Below, piece by piece: positions 38,985 through 56,354 of a stretch of 64,000 bases of DNA (position 1 is the stretch's first letter; every line of letters begins with the position of its first letter). A model generated the notes under the pieces. The model was not told the DNA's origin, did not search any database, and saw only the letters and a program-made list of their open reading frames with translations. A program made the translations under genes and the position numbers. The DNA is from Escherichia phage vB_EcoM_FJ1: sequence record MZ170040.1. One strand, written 5' to 3'.

Positions 38985-40444
38985 CAGATATTGTACTGAA
39001 TGACTTACCATTCGTTGACGGCCCTCCTGCAGAGGGCCAGAGCCGCATTTCCTGGATTAAAAACGGCGAAGAAATATTAGGAGCTGACACACAATATGGA
39101 AGTGAAGGTTCAATGAATAGACCTACAGTTTCTGTACTAAGAAATGTTGAAGTTCTTGATAAAAACATTGGAATACTTAAAACATCTTTAGAAACCGCAA
39201 ATAGTGATATTAAAACCATCCAGGGCATCTTAGATGTATCTGGTGATATAGAAGCTTTAGCACAAATAAGTATCAATAAAAAGGATATTTCTGACCTCAA
39301 AACGCTAACCAGTGAACATACAGAAATATTAAATGGAACTAATAGTACAGTTGACAACATTCTTGCTGATATTGGTCCATTTAACTCCGAGGCCAACTCT
39401 GTATACAGAACGATCAGAAATGATTTACTGTGGATAAAGCGTGAACTTGGACAATACACAGGTCAAGATATTAATGGTCTTCCTGTTGTAGGAAATCCTA
39501 GCACAGGAATGAAGCATCGCATCATTAATAATACTGATGTCATCACTTCACAGGGAATACGTTTAAGCGAATTAGAAACAAAATTCATTGAATCTGATGT
39601 AGGTTCTTTAACTATTGAAGTTGGTAATCTTCGCGAAGAGCTTGGACCGAAACCACCGTCATTTTCACAAAACATCTACAGTCGTTTAAATGAAATTGAC
39701 ACTAAACAGACAACATTCGAATCTGACATTAGTGCTATTAAGACCTCAATAGGATATCCAGGAAATAATTCGATTATCACGAGTGTTAATACAAACACTG
39801 ATAATATTGCATCTATTAATTTAGAGCTAAATCAAAGTGGAGGTATTAAACAGCGTTTAACAGTTATTGAAACTTCTATTGGCTCAGATGATATTCCTTC
39901 GAGTATTAAAGGTCAAATCAAAGATAATACAACTTCAATCGAATCTCTGAATGGAATCGTCGGTGAAAACACTTCATCTGGTTTAAGAGCGAATGTTTCA
40001 TGGTTAAACCAAATTGTTGGAACTGATTCTAGCGGTGGACAACCTTCTCCTCCTGGGTCTCTTTTAAACCGAGTTTCTACAATTGAAACTTCTGTTTCAG
40101 GCTTGAATAATGATGTTCAAAACCTACAAGTAGAGATTGGTAATAACAGCACAGGAATTAAAGGGCAAGTTGTAGCGTTAAATACTTTAGTAAATGGAAC
40201 TAATCCAAACGGTTCAACAGTCGAAGAACGTGGATTAACCAATTCAATAAAAGCTAACGAAACTAACATTGCATCAGTTACACAAGAAGTGAATACAGCT
40301 AAAGGCAATATATCTTCTTTACAAGGCGATGTTCAAGCTCTCCAAGAAGCCGGTTATATTCCTGAAGCGCCAAGAGATGGGCAAGCTTACGTTCGTAAAG
40401 ACGGCGAATGGGTATTGCTTTCTACCTTTTTATCACCAGCATAA
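38981..40444 (+). CDS. wac: fibritin (whisker antigen control)
   Basis: 487 aa; coiled-coil; C-terminal foldon [27 protein letters not shown]. Confidence 0.95.
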   Translation: MTDIVLNDLPFVDGPPAEGQSRISWIKNGEEILGADTQYGSEGSMNRPTVSVLRNVEVLDKNIGILKTSLETANSDIKTIQGILDVSGDIEALAQISINKKDISDLKTLTSEHTEILNGTNSTVDNILADIGPFNSEANSVYRTIRNDLLWIKRELGQYTGQDINGLPVVGNPSTGMKHRIINNTDVITSQGIRLSELETKFIESDVGSLTIEVGNLREELGPKPPSFSQNIYSRLNEIDTKQTTFESDISAIKTSIGYPGNNSIITSVNTNTDNIASINLELNQSGGIKQRLTVIETSIGSDDIPSSIKGQIKDNTTSIESLNGIVGENTSSGLRANVSWLNQIVGTDSSGGQPSPPGSLLNRVSTIETSVSGLNNDVQNLQVEIGNNSTGIKGQVVALNTLVNGTNPNGSTVEERGLTNSIKANETNIASVTQEVNTAKGNISSLQGDVQALQEAGYIPEAPRDGQAYVRKDGEWVLLSTFLSPA

Positions 40445-40475
40445 CATGGGGCCGCAAGGCCCCAAAGGATTTTAA

Positions 40476-42177
<1,702 letters not shown>

Positions 42178-42218
42178 TAAATATTATAAACTAATTAAAG
42201 CCCAGATTAGGAGAAATC

Positions 42219-45359
<3,141 letters not shown>

Positions 45360-45387
45360 TATTAAAGCATATTAAAGAGGATTAAAA

Positions 45388-47367
45388 ATGACTTTATTAT
45401 CTCCGGGCATTGAGCTCAAAGAAACTACGGTTCAAAGCACCGTGGTTAATAACTCTACTGGTACAGCAGCTTTGGCCGGTAAATTCCAGTGGGGTCCTGC
45501 TTTTCAAATTAAACAGGTTACAAATGAAGTAGATTTAGTTAATACTTTTGGTCAACCAACCGCTGAAACTGCTGACTATTTTATGTCTGCGATGAATTTC
45601 TTGCAGTATGGAAATGACTTACGAGTTGTTCGTGCTGTTGATAGAGATACCGCTAAAAACTCATCGCCAATTGCTGGTAATATTGAATACACAATTTCTA
45701 CCCCAGGTAGTAACTATGCAGTTGGAGATAAAATCACGGTCAAATATGTTTCAGATGATATTGAAACTGAAGGTAAAATTACCGAAGTAGACGCAGATGG
45801 AAAAATTAAGAAAATTAATATTCCTACTGCAAAAATTATCGCTAAAGCGAAAGAAGTCGGTGAATATCCAGCACTAGGTTCTAACTGGACTGCAGAAATT
45901 TCTTCGTCTTCCTCCGGTTTAGCTGCAGTAATAACTCTTGGAAAAATTATTACTGATTCTGGTATTTTATTAGCTGAAATTGAAAATGCTGAAGCTGCTA
46001 TGACAGCGGTTGACTTTCAAACAAATCTTAAAAAATACGGAATTCCAGGAGTAGTAGCTCTTTATCCAGGCGAATTAGGCGATAAAATTGAAATTGAAAT
46101 CGTATCTAAAGCTGACTACGCAAAAGGGGCTTCTGCATTACTCCCAATTTATCCAGGTGGTGGTACTCGTGCATCTACTGCTAAAGCAGTGTTTGGATAT
46201 GGACCACAAACTGATTCACAGTACGCTATTATAGTTCGTCGCAATGATGCTATTGTTCAAAGTGTTGTTCTTTCAACTAAGCGTGGTGAAAAAGATATTT
46301 ACGATAGTAACATTTATATCGATGACTTTTTCGCAAAAGGTGGTTCAGAATATATTTTCGCAACTGCACAAAACTGGCCAGAAGGCTTCTCTGGAATTTT
46401 AACTCTGTCTGGTGGTTTATCATCAAATGCTGAAGTAACAGCAGGAGATTTGATGGAAGCTTGGGACTTCTTTGCTGACCGCGAATCTGTTGATGTTCAG
46501 TTGTTTATTGCGGGTTCTTGTGCCGGTGAATCTTTAGAAACAGCATCTACTGTCCAAAAACACGTCGTTTCAATTGGGGATGCTCGCCAGGATTGCTTAG
46601 TACTGTGCTCACCACCGCGTGAAACTGTAGTTGGAATTCCTGTAACTCGTGCAGTAGATAATTTAGTTAACTGGAGAACTGCGGCAGGTTCATACACTGA
46701 TAATAACTTTAATATCAGTTCAACCTACGCAGCAATTGATGGTAACTATAAGTATCAGTATGACAAATATAATGATGTGAATCGTTGGGTTCCATTAGCA
46801 GCTGATATTGCTGGTTTATGCGCAAGAACTGATAACGTATCTCAGACTTGGATGTCTCCAGCTGGTTATAAGCGTGGCCAGATTCTTAACGTTATTAAAC
46901 TGGCTATTGAAACTCGCCAGGCTCAGCGCGACCGTTTATACCAAGAAGCTATCAACCCGGTAACTGGTACAGGTGGTGATGGTTACGTATTGTATGGTGA
47001 TAAAACAGCTACTTCTGTTCCTTCTCCATTTGATCGTATTAACGTTCGTCGTCTGTTTAATATGTTGAAAACGAACATCGGACGTAGTTCAAAATATCGT
47101 TTGTTCGAATTAAACAACGCGTTTACTCGTTCATCATTCCGCACAGAAACTGCCCAGTACTTACAGGGAATTAAAGCTCTCGGTGGAATTTATGAATATC
47201 GTGTAGTTTGCGATACAACAAATAACACTCCGTCAGTAATTGATAGAAATGAGTTTGTTGCAACATTCTACATCCAACCGGCTAGAAGCATTAACTACAT
47301 TACCTTAAACTTCGTAGCAACTGCTACTGGTGCAGATTTCGATGAGTTAACTGGTCTTGCAGGTTAA
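45388..47367 (+). CDS. 18: tail sheath protein
   Basis: 659 aa (same as T4 gp18); late promoter upstream. Confidence 0.95.
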   Translation: MTLLSPGIELKETTVQSTVVNNSTGTAALAGKFQWGPAFQIKQVTNEVDLVNTFGQPTAETADYFMSAMNFLQYGNDLRVVRAVDRDTAKNSSPIAGNIEYTISTPGSNYAVGDKITVKYVSDDIETEGKITEVDADGKIKKINIPTAKIIAKAKEVGEYPALGSNWTAEISSSSSGLAAVITLGKIITDSGILLAEIENAEAAMTAVDFQTNLKKYGIPGVVALYPGELGDKIEIEIVSKADYAKGASALLPIYPGGGTRASTAKAVFGYGPQTDSQYAIIVRRNDAIVQSVVLSTKRGEKDIYDSNIYIDDFFAKGGSEYIFATAQNWPEGFSGILTLSGGLSSNAEVTAGDLMEAWDFFADRESVDVQLFIAGSCAGESLETASTVQKHVVSIGDARQDCLVLCSPPRETVVGIPVTRAVDNLVNWRTAAGSYTDNNFNISSTYAAIDGNYKYQYDKYNDVNRWVPLAADIAGLCARTDNVSQTWMSPAGYKRGQILNVIKLAIETRQAQRDRLYQEAINPVTGTGGDGYVLYGDKTATSVPSPFDRINVRRLFNMLKTNIGRSSKYRLFELNNAFTRSSFRTETAQYLQGIKALGGIYEYRVVCDTTNNTPSVIDRNEFVATFYIQPARSINYITLNFVATATGADFDELTGLAG

Positions 47368-47402
47368 TACGGTGCATTCTAAAGGCCTGTTTCGGCAGGC
47401 CA

Positions 47403-47410
47403 TATAAATA
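47403..47410 (+). promoter_or_regulatory. T4 late promoter box (distal) for gene 19
   Basis: TATAAATA; second copy at 47462-47469. Confidence 0.55.
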
Positions 47411-47461
47411 CACTATATCCTTAATTCTTTAATTCTATATGCCCTAGGTTAAACATAGGGA

Positions 47462-47469
47462 TATAAATA
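47462..47469 (+). promoter_or_regulatory. T4 late promoter box (proximal) for gene 19
   Basis: TATAAATA ~14 nt upstream of ATG. Confidence 0.6.
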
Positions 47470-47483
47470 CTACAGAGGCTAAT

Positions 47484-47975
47484 ATGTTTGTAGATGATGT
47501 AACACGAGCGTTTGAATCTGGTGATTTTGCTCGACCTAACTTATTCCAAGTAGAAATTTCTTATCTTGGACAAAATTTTACGTTCCAATGTAAAGCTACT
47601 GCTTTACCAGCTGGTATTGTAGAAAAAATTCCAGTCGGATTTATGAACCGTAAAATTAACGTAGCAGGCGATCGTACATTCGATGACTGGACTGTTACAG
47701 TAATGAACGATGAAGCTCATGATGCTCGCCAGAAGTTCGTTGATTGGCAAAGCATTGCTGCGGGACAAGGAAACGAAATTACTGGTGGAAAACCTGCAGA
47801 GTATAAAAAGAGCGCTATCGTTCGTCAATATGCTCGTGACGCTAAAACAGTAACAAAAGAAATTGAAATTAAAGGTCTGTGGCCTACTAACGTGGGTGAA
47901 CTTCAATTAGATTGGGATTCAAACAATGAAATCCAAACCTTTGAAGTAACTCTTGCTCTCGATTATTGGGAATAA
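47484..47975 (+). CDS. 19: tail tube protein
   Basis: 163 aa (same as T4 gp19); two TATAAATA boxes upstream. Confidence 0.95.
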   Translation: MFVDDVTRAFESGDFARPNLFQVEISYLGQNFTFQCKATALPAGIVEKIPVGFMNRKINVAGDRTFDDWTVTVMNDEAHDARQKFVDWQSIAAGQGNEITGGKPAEYKKSAIVRQYARDAKTVTKEIEIKGLWPTNVGELQLDWDSNNEIQTFEVTLALDYWE

Positions 47976-48007
47976 AATGAATGGGGAGAAATCCCCATCC
48001 TGCTTAA

Positions 48008-49632
<1,625 letters not shown>

Positions 49633-49633
<1 letters not shown>

Positions 49634-49887
49634 TGGAAGGTTTAATTGAAGCTATTAAATCAAACGACCTCGTAGCCGCTCGTAAATTATTTGCTGAAGC
49701 CATGGCTGCAAGAACGATTGATTTAATTAAAGAAGAAAAAATTGCTATCGCTCGTAATTTCTTAATTGAAGGTGAAGAACCTGAAGACGAGGATGAAGAT
49801 GAAGATGATGACGAAGATAGCGATGATAAAGACGACAAAAAAGACAAAGACTCTGATGAAGATGACGAAGACGAGGATGATGAATAA
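49633..49887 (+). CDS. 67: gp67 prohead core protein (acidic)
   Basis: 84 aa; long Asp/Glu C-terminal tract; between 20 and 68. Confidence 0.85.
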
Positions 49888-50312
49888 TGCTTCTGATCCC
49901 TGAAACTCATGAATTAGTTCTCGAGAATGTCGAAGCACTTATTCCTGAAGCACAGGGTCGCTTCGACGAATTGTCTTCTGCTTTAAATAAAGACGATATA
50001 AATACAATTGTCGAGAATATGCTTGATGATGAAACTGATTTAGCGGTTGCATTAGCTTCTATTAATGAAAATATGCCGTTAAATGAATTCATCGTTAAAC
50101 ATGTTTCTGCCCGTGGTGAAATTACTCGCACTAAAGATCGCAAAACCCGCGAACGTAATGCATTTCAAACTACCGGGTTGTCTAAAGCAAAACGTAGACA
50201 AATTGCTCGTAAAGCTACCAAAACGAAGATTGCCAATCCAGCAGGTCAATCTCGTGCTCAGCGTAAGCGTAAAAAAGCTCTTAAACGCCGTAAAGCATTA
50301 GGATTAAGCTAA
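49887..50312 (+). CDS. 68: gp68 prohead core protein
   Basis: 141 aa (same as T4); basic C-terminus. Confidence 0.85.
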
Positions 50313-50950
50313 TGAATGAACCCCAATTACTAATTGAAACTTGGGGTCAACCTGGCGAAATTATTGATGGCGTACCAATGCTTGAATCTCATGATGGAAA
50401 AGACTTAGGTTTAAAACCGGGTTTATACATCGAAGGAATATTCATGCAAGCGGAAGTCGTCAATAGAAATAAACGTCTTTATCCAAAACGCATATTAGAA
50501 AAAGCGGTAAAAGACTATATTAATGAGCAAGTTTTAACTAAACAAGCTCTCGGAGAATTAAATCATCCTCCACGCGCTAATGTTGACCCGATGCAAGCCG
50601 CTATCATTATAGAAGATATGTGGTGGAAAGGAAATGACGTATACGGACGAGCTCGTGTTATTGAAGGTGACCATGGTCCTGGAGATAAATTAGCAGCTAA
50701 TATTCGTGCCGGATGGATTCCAGGAGTTTCTTCTCGTGGATTAGGTTCATTGACTGACACAAATAAAGGTTATCGTATCGTAAACGAAGGATTCAAATTA
50801 ACTGTAGGTGTTGATGCAGTATGGGGTCCAAGTGCTCCAGATGCATGGGTAACTCCTAAGGAAATTACCGAATCACAGACGGCGGAAGCCGATACAAGTG
50901 CCGATGACGCCTATATGGCTCTCGCAGAGGCCATGAAAAAAGCGTTATAA
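50312..50950 (+). CDS. 21: gp21 prohead core scaffold / prohead protease
   Basis: 212 aa (same as T4). Confidence 0.93.
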   Translation: MNEPQLLIETWGQPGEIIDGVPMLESHDGKDLGLKPGLYIEGIFMQAEVVNRNKRLYPKRILEKAVKDYINEQVLTKQALGELNHPPRANVDPMQAAIIIEDMWWKGNDVYGRARVIEGDHGPGDKLAANIRAGWIPGVSSRGLGSLTDTNKGYRIVNEGFKLTVGVDAVWGPSAPDAWVTPKEITESQTAEADTSADDAYMALAEAMKKAL

Positions 50951-50953
50951 ATA
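50946..50953 (+). promoter_or_regulatory. T4 late promoter box for gene 22
   Basis: TATAAATA ~27 nt upstream of ATG. Confidence 0.65.
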
Positions 50954-50980
50954 TTATTATCTAAACAACAGGACTACAAA

Positions 50981-51790
50981 ATGCTTAAAGAACAACTGAT
51001 TGCCGAAGCGCAGAAAATTGATGCTTCCGTTGCTCTTGATAGTATTTTCGAATCAGTTAATATTTCTCCGGAAGCAAAAGAAACTTTCGGCACTGTATTC
51101 GAAGCTACCGTCAAGCAGCACGCCGTTAAATTAGCTGAATCTCATATCGCTAAAATTGCTGAAAAAGCAGAAGAAGAAGTAGAAAAAAATAAAGAAGAAG
51201 CCGAAGAAAAAGCTGAGAAGAAAATCGCTGAGCAAGCTTCTAAATTCATTGACCATCTTGCGAAAGAATGGCTCGCTGAAAATAAATTAGCAGTTGATAA
51301 AGGCATCAAAGCCGAACTGTTTGAATCCATGCTCGGTGGATTAAAAGAGCTCTTTGTTGAACACAACGTTGTTGTTCCAGAAGAATCAGTTGATATTGTA
51401 GCTGAAATGGAAGAAGAGCTGCAAGAACATAAAGAAGAATCAGCTCGTCTGTTCGAAGAACTCAATAAGCGTGACGCATATATCAATTATGTGCAGCGTG
51501 AAGTGGCATTGAGCGAAAGTACTAAAGATCTGACTGAGTCTCAAAAAGAAAAAGTCTCTGCTCTGGTCGAAGGTATGGATTATTCAGATGCATTCTCAAG
51601 TAAATTGAGTGCAATCGTAGAAATGGTGAAGAAATCTAATAAAGATGAAAGCACTATTACTGAGAGTATAAATACTCCTGATACTGAAGCAGCCGGACTG
51701 AATTTCGTCACTGAAGCTGTAGAAGATAAAGCTGCACCTGGTGCAGAAGATATTGTAAGTGTATATGCGAAAGTCGCATCTCGTTTCTAA
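50981..51790 (+). CDS. 22: gp22 prohead core scaffold protein
   Basis: 269 aa; Glu/Lys-rich coiled-coil; late promoter upstream. Confidence 0.9.
   Translation: MLKEQLIAEAQKIDASVALDSIFESVNISPEAKETFGTVFEATVKQHAVKLAESHIAKIAEKAEEEVEKNKEEAEEKAEKKIAEQASKFIDHLAKEWLAENKLAVDKGIKAELFESMLGGLKELFVEHNVVVPEESVDIVAEMEEELQEHKEESARLFEELNKRDAYINYVQREVALSESTKDLTESQKEKVSALVEGMDYSDAFSSKLSAIVEMVKKSNKDESTITESINTPDTEAAGLNFVTEAVEDKAAPGAEDIVSVYAKVASRF
51667..51674 (+). promoter_or_regulatory. T4 late promoter box inside gene 22 (P23-like)
   Basis: TATAAATA within the 3' end of gene 22 coding sequence, ~135 nt upstream of gene 23. Confidence 0.5.
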
Positions 51791-51808
51791 TTTTAAAGGT
51801 TAACACAA

Positions 51809-53374
51809 ATGACTATCAAAACTAAAGCTGAACTTTTGAACAAATGGAAGCCATTACTGGAAGGTGAAGGTTTACCGGAAATTGCTAATAGCAAACAAGC
51901 GATTATCGCTAAAATCTTTGAAAACCAGGAAAAAGATTTCCAGACAGCTCCAGAGTACAAAGACGAAAAAATCGCTCAGGCGTTCGGTTCTTTCTTAACA
52001 GAAGCTGAAATCGGTGGTGACCACGGTTACAATGCTACCAACATCGCTGCAGGTCAGACTTCTGGCGCAGTAACCCAGATTGGCCCGGCTGTTATGGGTA
52101 TGGTACGTCGTGCTATTCCTAACCTGATTGCTTTCGATATTTGCGGTGTTCAGCCGATGAACAGCCCGACTGGTCAGGTATTCGCACTGCGCGCAGTATA
52201 TGGTAAAGACCCAATCGCTTCCGGCGCTAAAGAAGCATTCCACCCAATGTATGGTCCAGATGCAATGTTCTCTGGTCAGGGTGCTGCTAAGAAATTCGCT
52301 GCTTTGAAAGCAAATGATACTCTTGAAGTCGGAACTATTTACACTCACTTCTTCCAGGAAACTGGTACAGTATATCTGCAAGCTACAGAAGCTAAACAAA
52401 TTGATTCTACTGCATCTGACGCAGCTAAATTAGATGCTGAAATTAAGAAACAAATGGAAGCTGGTGTACTGGTAGAAATCGCTGAAGGTATGGCTACTTC
52501 TATCGCTGAACTCCAGGAAGGTTTCAATGGCTCTACCGATAACCCATGGAATGAAATGGGCTTCCGTATCGATAAACAAGTTATCGAAGCTAAATCTCGT
52601 CAGCTGAAAGCTGCTTACTCTATTGAATTAGCACAAGACCTCCGCGCTGTTCACGGTATGGATGCTGATGCTGAACTGTCTGGTATTCTGGCTACAGAAA
52701 TTATGCTGGAAATCAACCGTGAAGTTGTTGATTGGATTAACTACTCCGCACAGGTTGGTAAATCTGGTATGACCCTGACTCCGGGTTCTAAAGCTGGTGT
52801 ATTTGACTTCCAGGACCCAATCGATATTCGTGGTGCTCGCTGGGCAGGTGAATCCTTTAAAGCTTTGTTGTTCCAGATTGACAAAGAAGCAGTTGAAATT
52901 GCTCGTCAGACCGGTCGTGGTGAAGGTAACTTCATTATCGCTTCCCGTAACGTAGTTAACGTTCTGGCTTCAGTTGATACCGGCATTTCTTATGCTGCAC
53001 AAGGTCTGGCTACCGGCTTTAACACTGATACTACCAAGTCAGTATTTGCTGGTGTTCTGGGTGGTAAATACCGCGTATATATCGACCAGTATGCTAAACA
53101 GGATTATTTCACTGTAGGTTATAAAGGTCCTAACGAAATGGATGCTGGTATTTACTATGCTCCATATGTAGCTCTGACTCCGCTGCGTGGTTCCGATCCG
53201 AAGAACTTCCAACCGGTAATGGGATTCAAAACTCGTTACGGTATCGGTATCAACCCATTTGCAGAATCCGCTGCTCAGGCTCCGGCTTCTCGCATCCAGA
53301 GCGGTATGCCTTCTATTCTGAATAGCCTTGGTAAAAACGCTTACTTCCGCCGTGTATATGTTAAAGGTATCTAA
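51809..53374 (+). CDS. 23: major capsid protein
   Basis: 521 aa (same as T4 gp23); highly biased codon usage; terminator after stop. Confidence 0.97.
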   Translation: MTIKTKAELLNKWKPLLEGEGLPEIANSKQAIIAKIFENQEKDFQTAPEYKDEKIAQAFGSFLTEAEIGGDHGYNATNIAAGQTSGAVTQIGPAVMGMVRRAIPNLIAFDICGVQPMNSPTGQVFALRAVYGKDPIASGAKEAFHPMYGPDAMFSGQGAAKKFAALKANDTLEVGTIYTHFFQETGTVYLQATEAKQIDSTASDAAKLDAEIKKQMEAGVLVEIAEGMATSIAELQEGFNGSTDNPWNEMGFRIDKQVIEAKSRQLKAAYSIELAQDLRAVHGMDADAELSGILATEIMLEINREVVDWINYSAQVGKSGMTLTPGSKAGVFDFQDPIDIRGARWAGESFKALLFQIDKEAVEIARQTGRGEGNFIIASRNVVNVLASVDTGISYAAQGLATGFNTDTTKSVFAGVLGGKYRVYIDQYAKQDYFTVGYKGPNEMDAGIYYAPYVALTPLRGSDPKNFQPVMGFKTRYGIGINPFAESAAQAPASRIQSGMPSILNSLGKNAYFRRVYVKGI

Positions 53375-53388
53375 TCTTTGACGATTTA

Positions 53389-53420
53389 AGGGACCTTCGG
53401 GTCCCTTTAGTTGTTTTTAT
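53389..53420 (+). terminator. rho-independent terminator after gene 23
   Basis: Hairpin GGGACC-TTCG-GGTCCC followed by T-rich tract. Confidence 0.7.
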
Positions 53421-53422
53421 GG

Positions 53423-53430
53423 TATAAATA
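53423..53430 (+). promoter_or_regulatory. T4 late promoter box for gene 24
   Basis: TATAAATA ~27 nt upstream of ATG, after the gene 23 terminator. Confidence 0.65.
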
Positions 53431-53457
53431 AATCATATAAACCAAAAGGAAAGCGCA

Positions 53458-54741
53458 ATGGCTAAAATCAACGAACTTCTGCGCGAATCAACCACAACGA
53501 ATAGCAACTCAATCGGTCGCCCAAATCTCGTTGCTTTGACTCGCGCTACCACTAAATTAATATATTCTGACATTGTAGCAACGCAAAGAACTAATCAACC
53601 TGTTGCTGCTTTTTATGGTATCAAATACCTTAACCCAGATAACGAATTTACATTTAAAACTGGTGCTACTTATGCTGGCGAAGCTGGATATGTAGACCGA
53701 GAACAAATCACAGAATTAACAGAAGAGTCTAAATTAACTCTCAATAAAGGCGATTTATTCAAATATAATAATATCGTTTATAAAGTATTAGAAGATACAC
53801 CATTTGCTGATATTGAAGAAAGTGATTTAGAATTAGCTCTTCAGATTGCAATTGTTCTTTTAAAGGTTCGTCTATTTTCTGATGCTGCAGTAACAAGCAA
53901 ATTTGAAAGCTCTGATAGTGAAATTGCGGATGCTAGATTCCAGATTAATAAATGGCAAACCGCAGTTAAATCTCGTAAACTTAAAACTGGCATTACAGTT
54001 GAATTAGCACAAGATTTAGAAGCAAATGGATTCGATGCTCCTAATTTCTTGGAAGATTTGCTTGCAACCGAAATGGCAGATGAAATCAATAAAGATATTC
54101 TGCAGTCTTTGATTACAGTATCAAAACGTTATAAAGTTACAGGAATTACTGATACTGGATTCATTGATTTGAGTTATGCATCTGCACCTGAAGCGGGTCG
54201 TTCATTATATCGAATGGTATGTGAAATGGTTTCACATATCCAAAAAGAATCAACTTATACAGCAACGTTCTGTGTTGCTTCAGCTCGTGCTGCTGCGATT
54301 CTTGCTGCATCAGGTTGGTTAAAACATAAACCAGAAGATGATAAATATCTTTCACAAAATGCCTACGGGTTCTTAGCTAACGGTTTACCGCTTTATTGCG
54401 ATACTAACAGCCCATTAGATTATGTAATCGTTGGTGTAGTAGAAAATATCGGTGAAAAAGAAATTGTTGGATCAATTTTCTATGCTCCGTATACAGAAGG
54501 TCTCGACTTAGATGACCCTGAACATGTAGGTGCATTTAAAGTTGTTGTTGACCCAGAAAGTTTGCAGCCATCTATCGGTTTATTAGTTAGATATGCTTTA
54601 TCAGCAAATCCTTACACCGTAGCAAAAGATGAAAAAGAAGCAAGAGTAATTGATGGTGGAGACATGGATAAAATGGCGGGTCGTTCAGATTTGTCTGTTT
54701 TATTAGGTGTTAAGCTACCAAAAATTATCATTGATGAATAA
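53458..54741 (+). CDS. 24: capsid vertex protein
   Basis: 427 aa (same as T4 gp24); follows gene 23 directly with no segD in between. Confidence 0.95.
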   Translation: MAKINELLRESTTTNSNSIGRPNLVALTRATTKLIYSDIVATQRTNQPVAAFYGIKYLNPDNEFTFKTGATYAGEAGYVDREQITELTEESKLTLNKGDLFKYNNIVYKVLEDTPFADIEESDLELALQIAIVLLKVRLFSDAAVTSKFESSDSEIADARFQINKWQTAVKSRKLKTGITVELAQDLEANGFDAPNFLEDLLATEMADEINKDILQSLITVSKRYKVTGITDTGFIDLSYASAPEAGRSLYRMVCEMVSHIQKESTYTATFCVASARAAAILAASGWLKHKPEDDKYLSQNAYGFLANGLPLYCDTNSPLDYVIVGVVENIGEKEIVGSIFYAPYTEGLDLDDPEHVGAFKVVVDPESLQPSIGLLVRYALSANPYTVAKDEKEARVIDGGDMDKMAGRSDLSVLLGVKLPKIIIDE

Positions 54742-54744
54742 AAC

Positions 54745-54770
54745 AAAGGGACCTTTCGGTCCCTTTTTAT
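54745..54770. terminator. bidirectional terminator between gene 24 and rnlB
   Basis: Hairpin AGGGACC-TTTC-GGTCCCT flanked by A-run upstream and T-run downstream. Confidence 0.7.
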
Positions 54771-55775
54771 TTAACTTACCAATTCAATCCAAGCCGGACG
54801 AAGTACATCTTGTACCATTTTAACTAATTCCTTTTTAATCAAAGAAGGATTATCCGCTTGAGTTAGAGTAATACCTTCACGAGAAGTTTCTTCCAAAATA
54901 TCTTGAACAGTTAGTCCCATCACCTTTCCAAAATCTTTTGGACCAATTTCGCCAATTTTAGAAATAACGTTATTTACTCGGTTTAGTGTAACGTAACAAG
55001 CTAAAATCCCCACCAATTTGTTATCAGCTTCTGACAGTTCAACTTTAGCTTTAATAGGCTTATCAGACTTTTTCTTTTCACTAAATTTAGAATTCTTGCA
55101 TTTGATGGCTACACGATTGCGATTAGGCAGCCAAGAAGGATAACAAGGTTTCAATACATATCCTTCAGCGGTAAATACTTCGTCTTTGGCTTCAGCTTTC
55201 CAAACACATTTGTTAGCGTCAATTAAACCTGCATTATCTACGGTAAAATTATAAGACGGAACAACAGAATCCAAATCATTTGGCAATTTAATAAGCTCTT
55301 CAAATTTACCGCGACCTAAAAGTGGAGCCATTTTAAATTTAAATGTATTGCAGAATGATTCCATCATATAATCGTCGACATAAGTCACATCACCACTTTC
55401 TGTAGTGACAATAATGTCAAATACATAAAAATCTTTATCACCATAATCAACATTCTTCTGAATGCCAGGTCCAGCGAATTCGCCAAAGACTTGATAAGAC
55501 ACAACCGCTGAGGTTTCCATAATATCTTGTACTGCTTTAATGGAATCAGCGTAATTCTTTAGAATAATTTCATACCCAAAGAAATCTTCAGCAGGAAGAA
55601 TAGGACCAGTACGTTTAGCGCAAGTTACTTTATCGCGCTCAATAATCAACGAGAAATTTGTACCATGAATCTTTTCACGAGCTACCCATTCGCCGCCAGT
55701 CAATCCCAAGCTATAAAGTTTTTCAATAAATTTAGAGTTGTAATGATTTTCAAGACTGCTATACTTTTTAAACAT
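54771..55775 (-). CDS. rnlB: RNA ligase 2
   Basis: 334 aa; nucleotidyl-lysine motif KIHGTN; same length as T4 Rnl2. Confidence 0.9.
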   Translation of the reverse strand: MFKKYSSLENHYNSKFIEKLYSLGLTGGEWVAREKIHGTNFSLIIERDKVTCAKRTGPILPAEDFFGYEIILKNYADSIKAVQDIMETSAVVSYQVFGEFAGPGIQKNVDYGDKDFYVFDIIVTTESGDVTYVDDYMMESFCNTFKFKMAPLLGRGKFEELIKLPNDLDSVVPSYNFTVDNAGLIDANKCVWKAEAKDEVFTAEGYVLKPCYPSWLPNRNRVAIKCKNSKFSEKKKSDKPIKAKVELSEADNKLVGILACYVTLNRVNNVISKIGEIGPKDFGKVMGLTVQDILEETSREGITLTQADNPSLIKKELVKMVQDVLRPAWIELVS

Positions 55776-55784
55776 AATTAATCC

Positions 55785-56063
55785 TCAAAATGTAATTTCT
55801 AACCAATCACCATCACGCTGATCACTATTAACTTTAAAGATGAATCCTTCTTTTCTCAGCCAATCACCAATTTCTTCAGTAATCAATTTATCGCGAGCAG
55901 TACAATAATAACTAAAATATGTTTTACCTTGTTCAGCTGCTTTATTAGCAAGTTCCGAAAAATCTTTAATAAAACACTCTAGCTTAAACTGTTTACTTTT
56001 GAATGCTTTTTCGCGTAATTGATTAGCAAAAGATTCATTTTCATAAAGATCATACTGTTCCAT
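55785..56063 (-). CDS. hypothetical protein (24.2 position)
   Basis: 92 aa ORF between rnlB and hoc. Confidence 0.5.
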   Translation of the reverse strand: MEQYDLYENESFANQLREKAFKSKQFKLECFIKDFSELANKAAEQGKTYFSYYCTARDKLITEEIGDWLRKEGFIFKVNSDQRDGDWLEITF

Positions 56064-56265
56064 TTTTCACCTTTTTATTGATATGTCTTTTTCTATAGAC
56101 AACTTTTTCTCGAGTTTCAAATTTATTCTTAGCAGTCATAGCTCGAGCCCATAATACAGCCACCTCTTTTGCCTGTAAGTTCAATTCACGAGCAATTTCA
56201 ATGAATGACTTTCCAGACTCATGGAGAGTAAACACCACAACCTCAGTTCTCATAATCAATCTCAT
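56050..56265 (-). CDS. hypothetical small basic protein (24.3 position)
   Basis: 71 aa ORF, overlaps downstream gene start. Confidence 0.5.
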   Translation of the reverse strand: MRLIMRTEVVVFTLHESGKSFIEIARELNLQAKEVAVLWARAMTAKNKFETREKVVYRKRHINKKVKNGTV

Positions 56266-56319
56266 GTTATCGAGTTGGTGCCATTATATACATCATTTTC
56301 TGAGTGTGTTTTGTGTGCT

Positions 56320-56349
56320 TTCAAAATGAAGAAAGGGGCCGAAGCCCCT
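56320..56349 (-). terminator. putative terminator after hoc
   Basis: Hairpin GGGGCC-GAA-GCCCC with U-rich tail on minus strand. Confidence 0.45.
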
Positions 56350-56354
56350 TATGA

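Noticed and set aside
38968-39459. Antisense ORFs inside large structural genes (e.g. 38968..39459, 51142..51486, 51995..52399, 36295..36588, 33356..33691, 1046..1285)
   Set aside because: They lie fully within well-supported genes on the opposite strand, have no SD or promoter, and have odd compositions.
53375-53457. Possible homing-endonuclease or intron insertion between genes 23 and 24
   Set aside because: The interval is only 83 bp and contains just a terminator hairpin and a late promoter.
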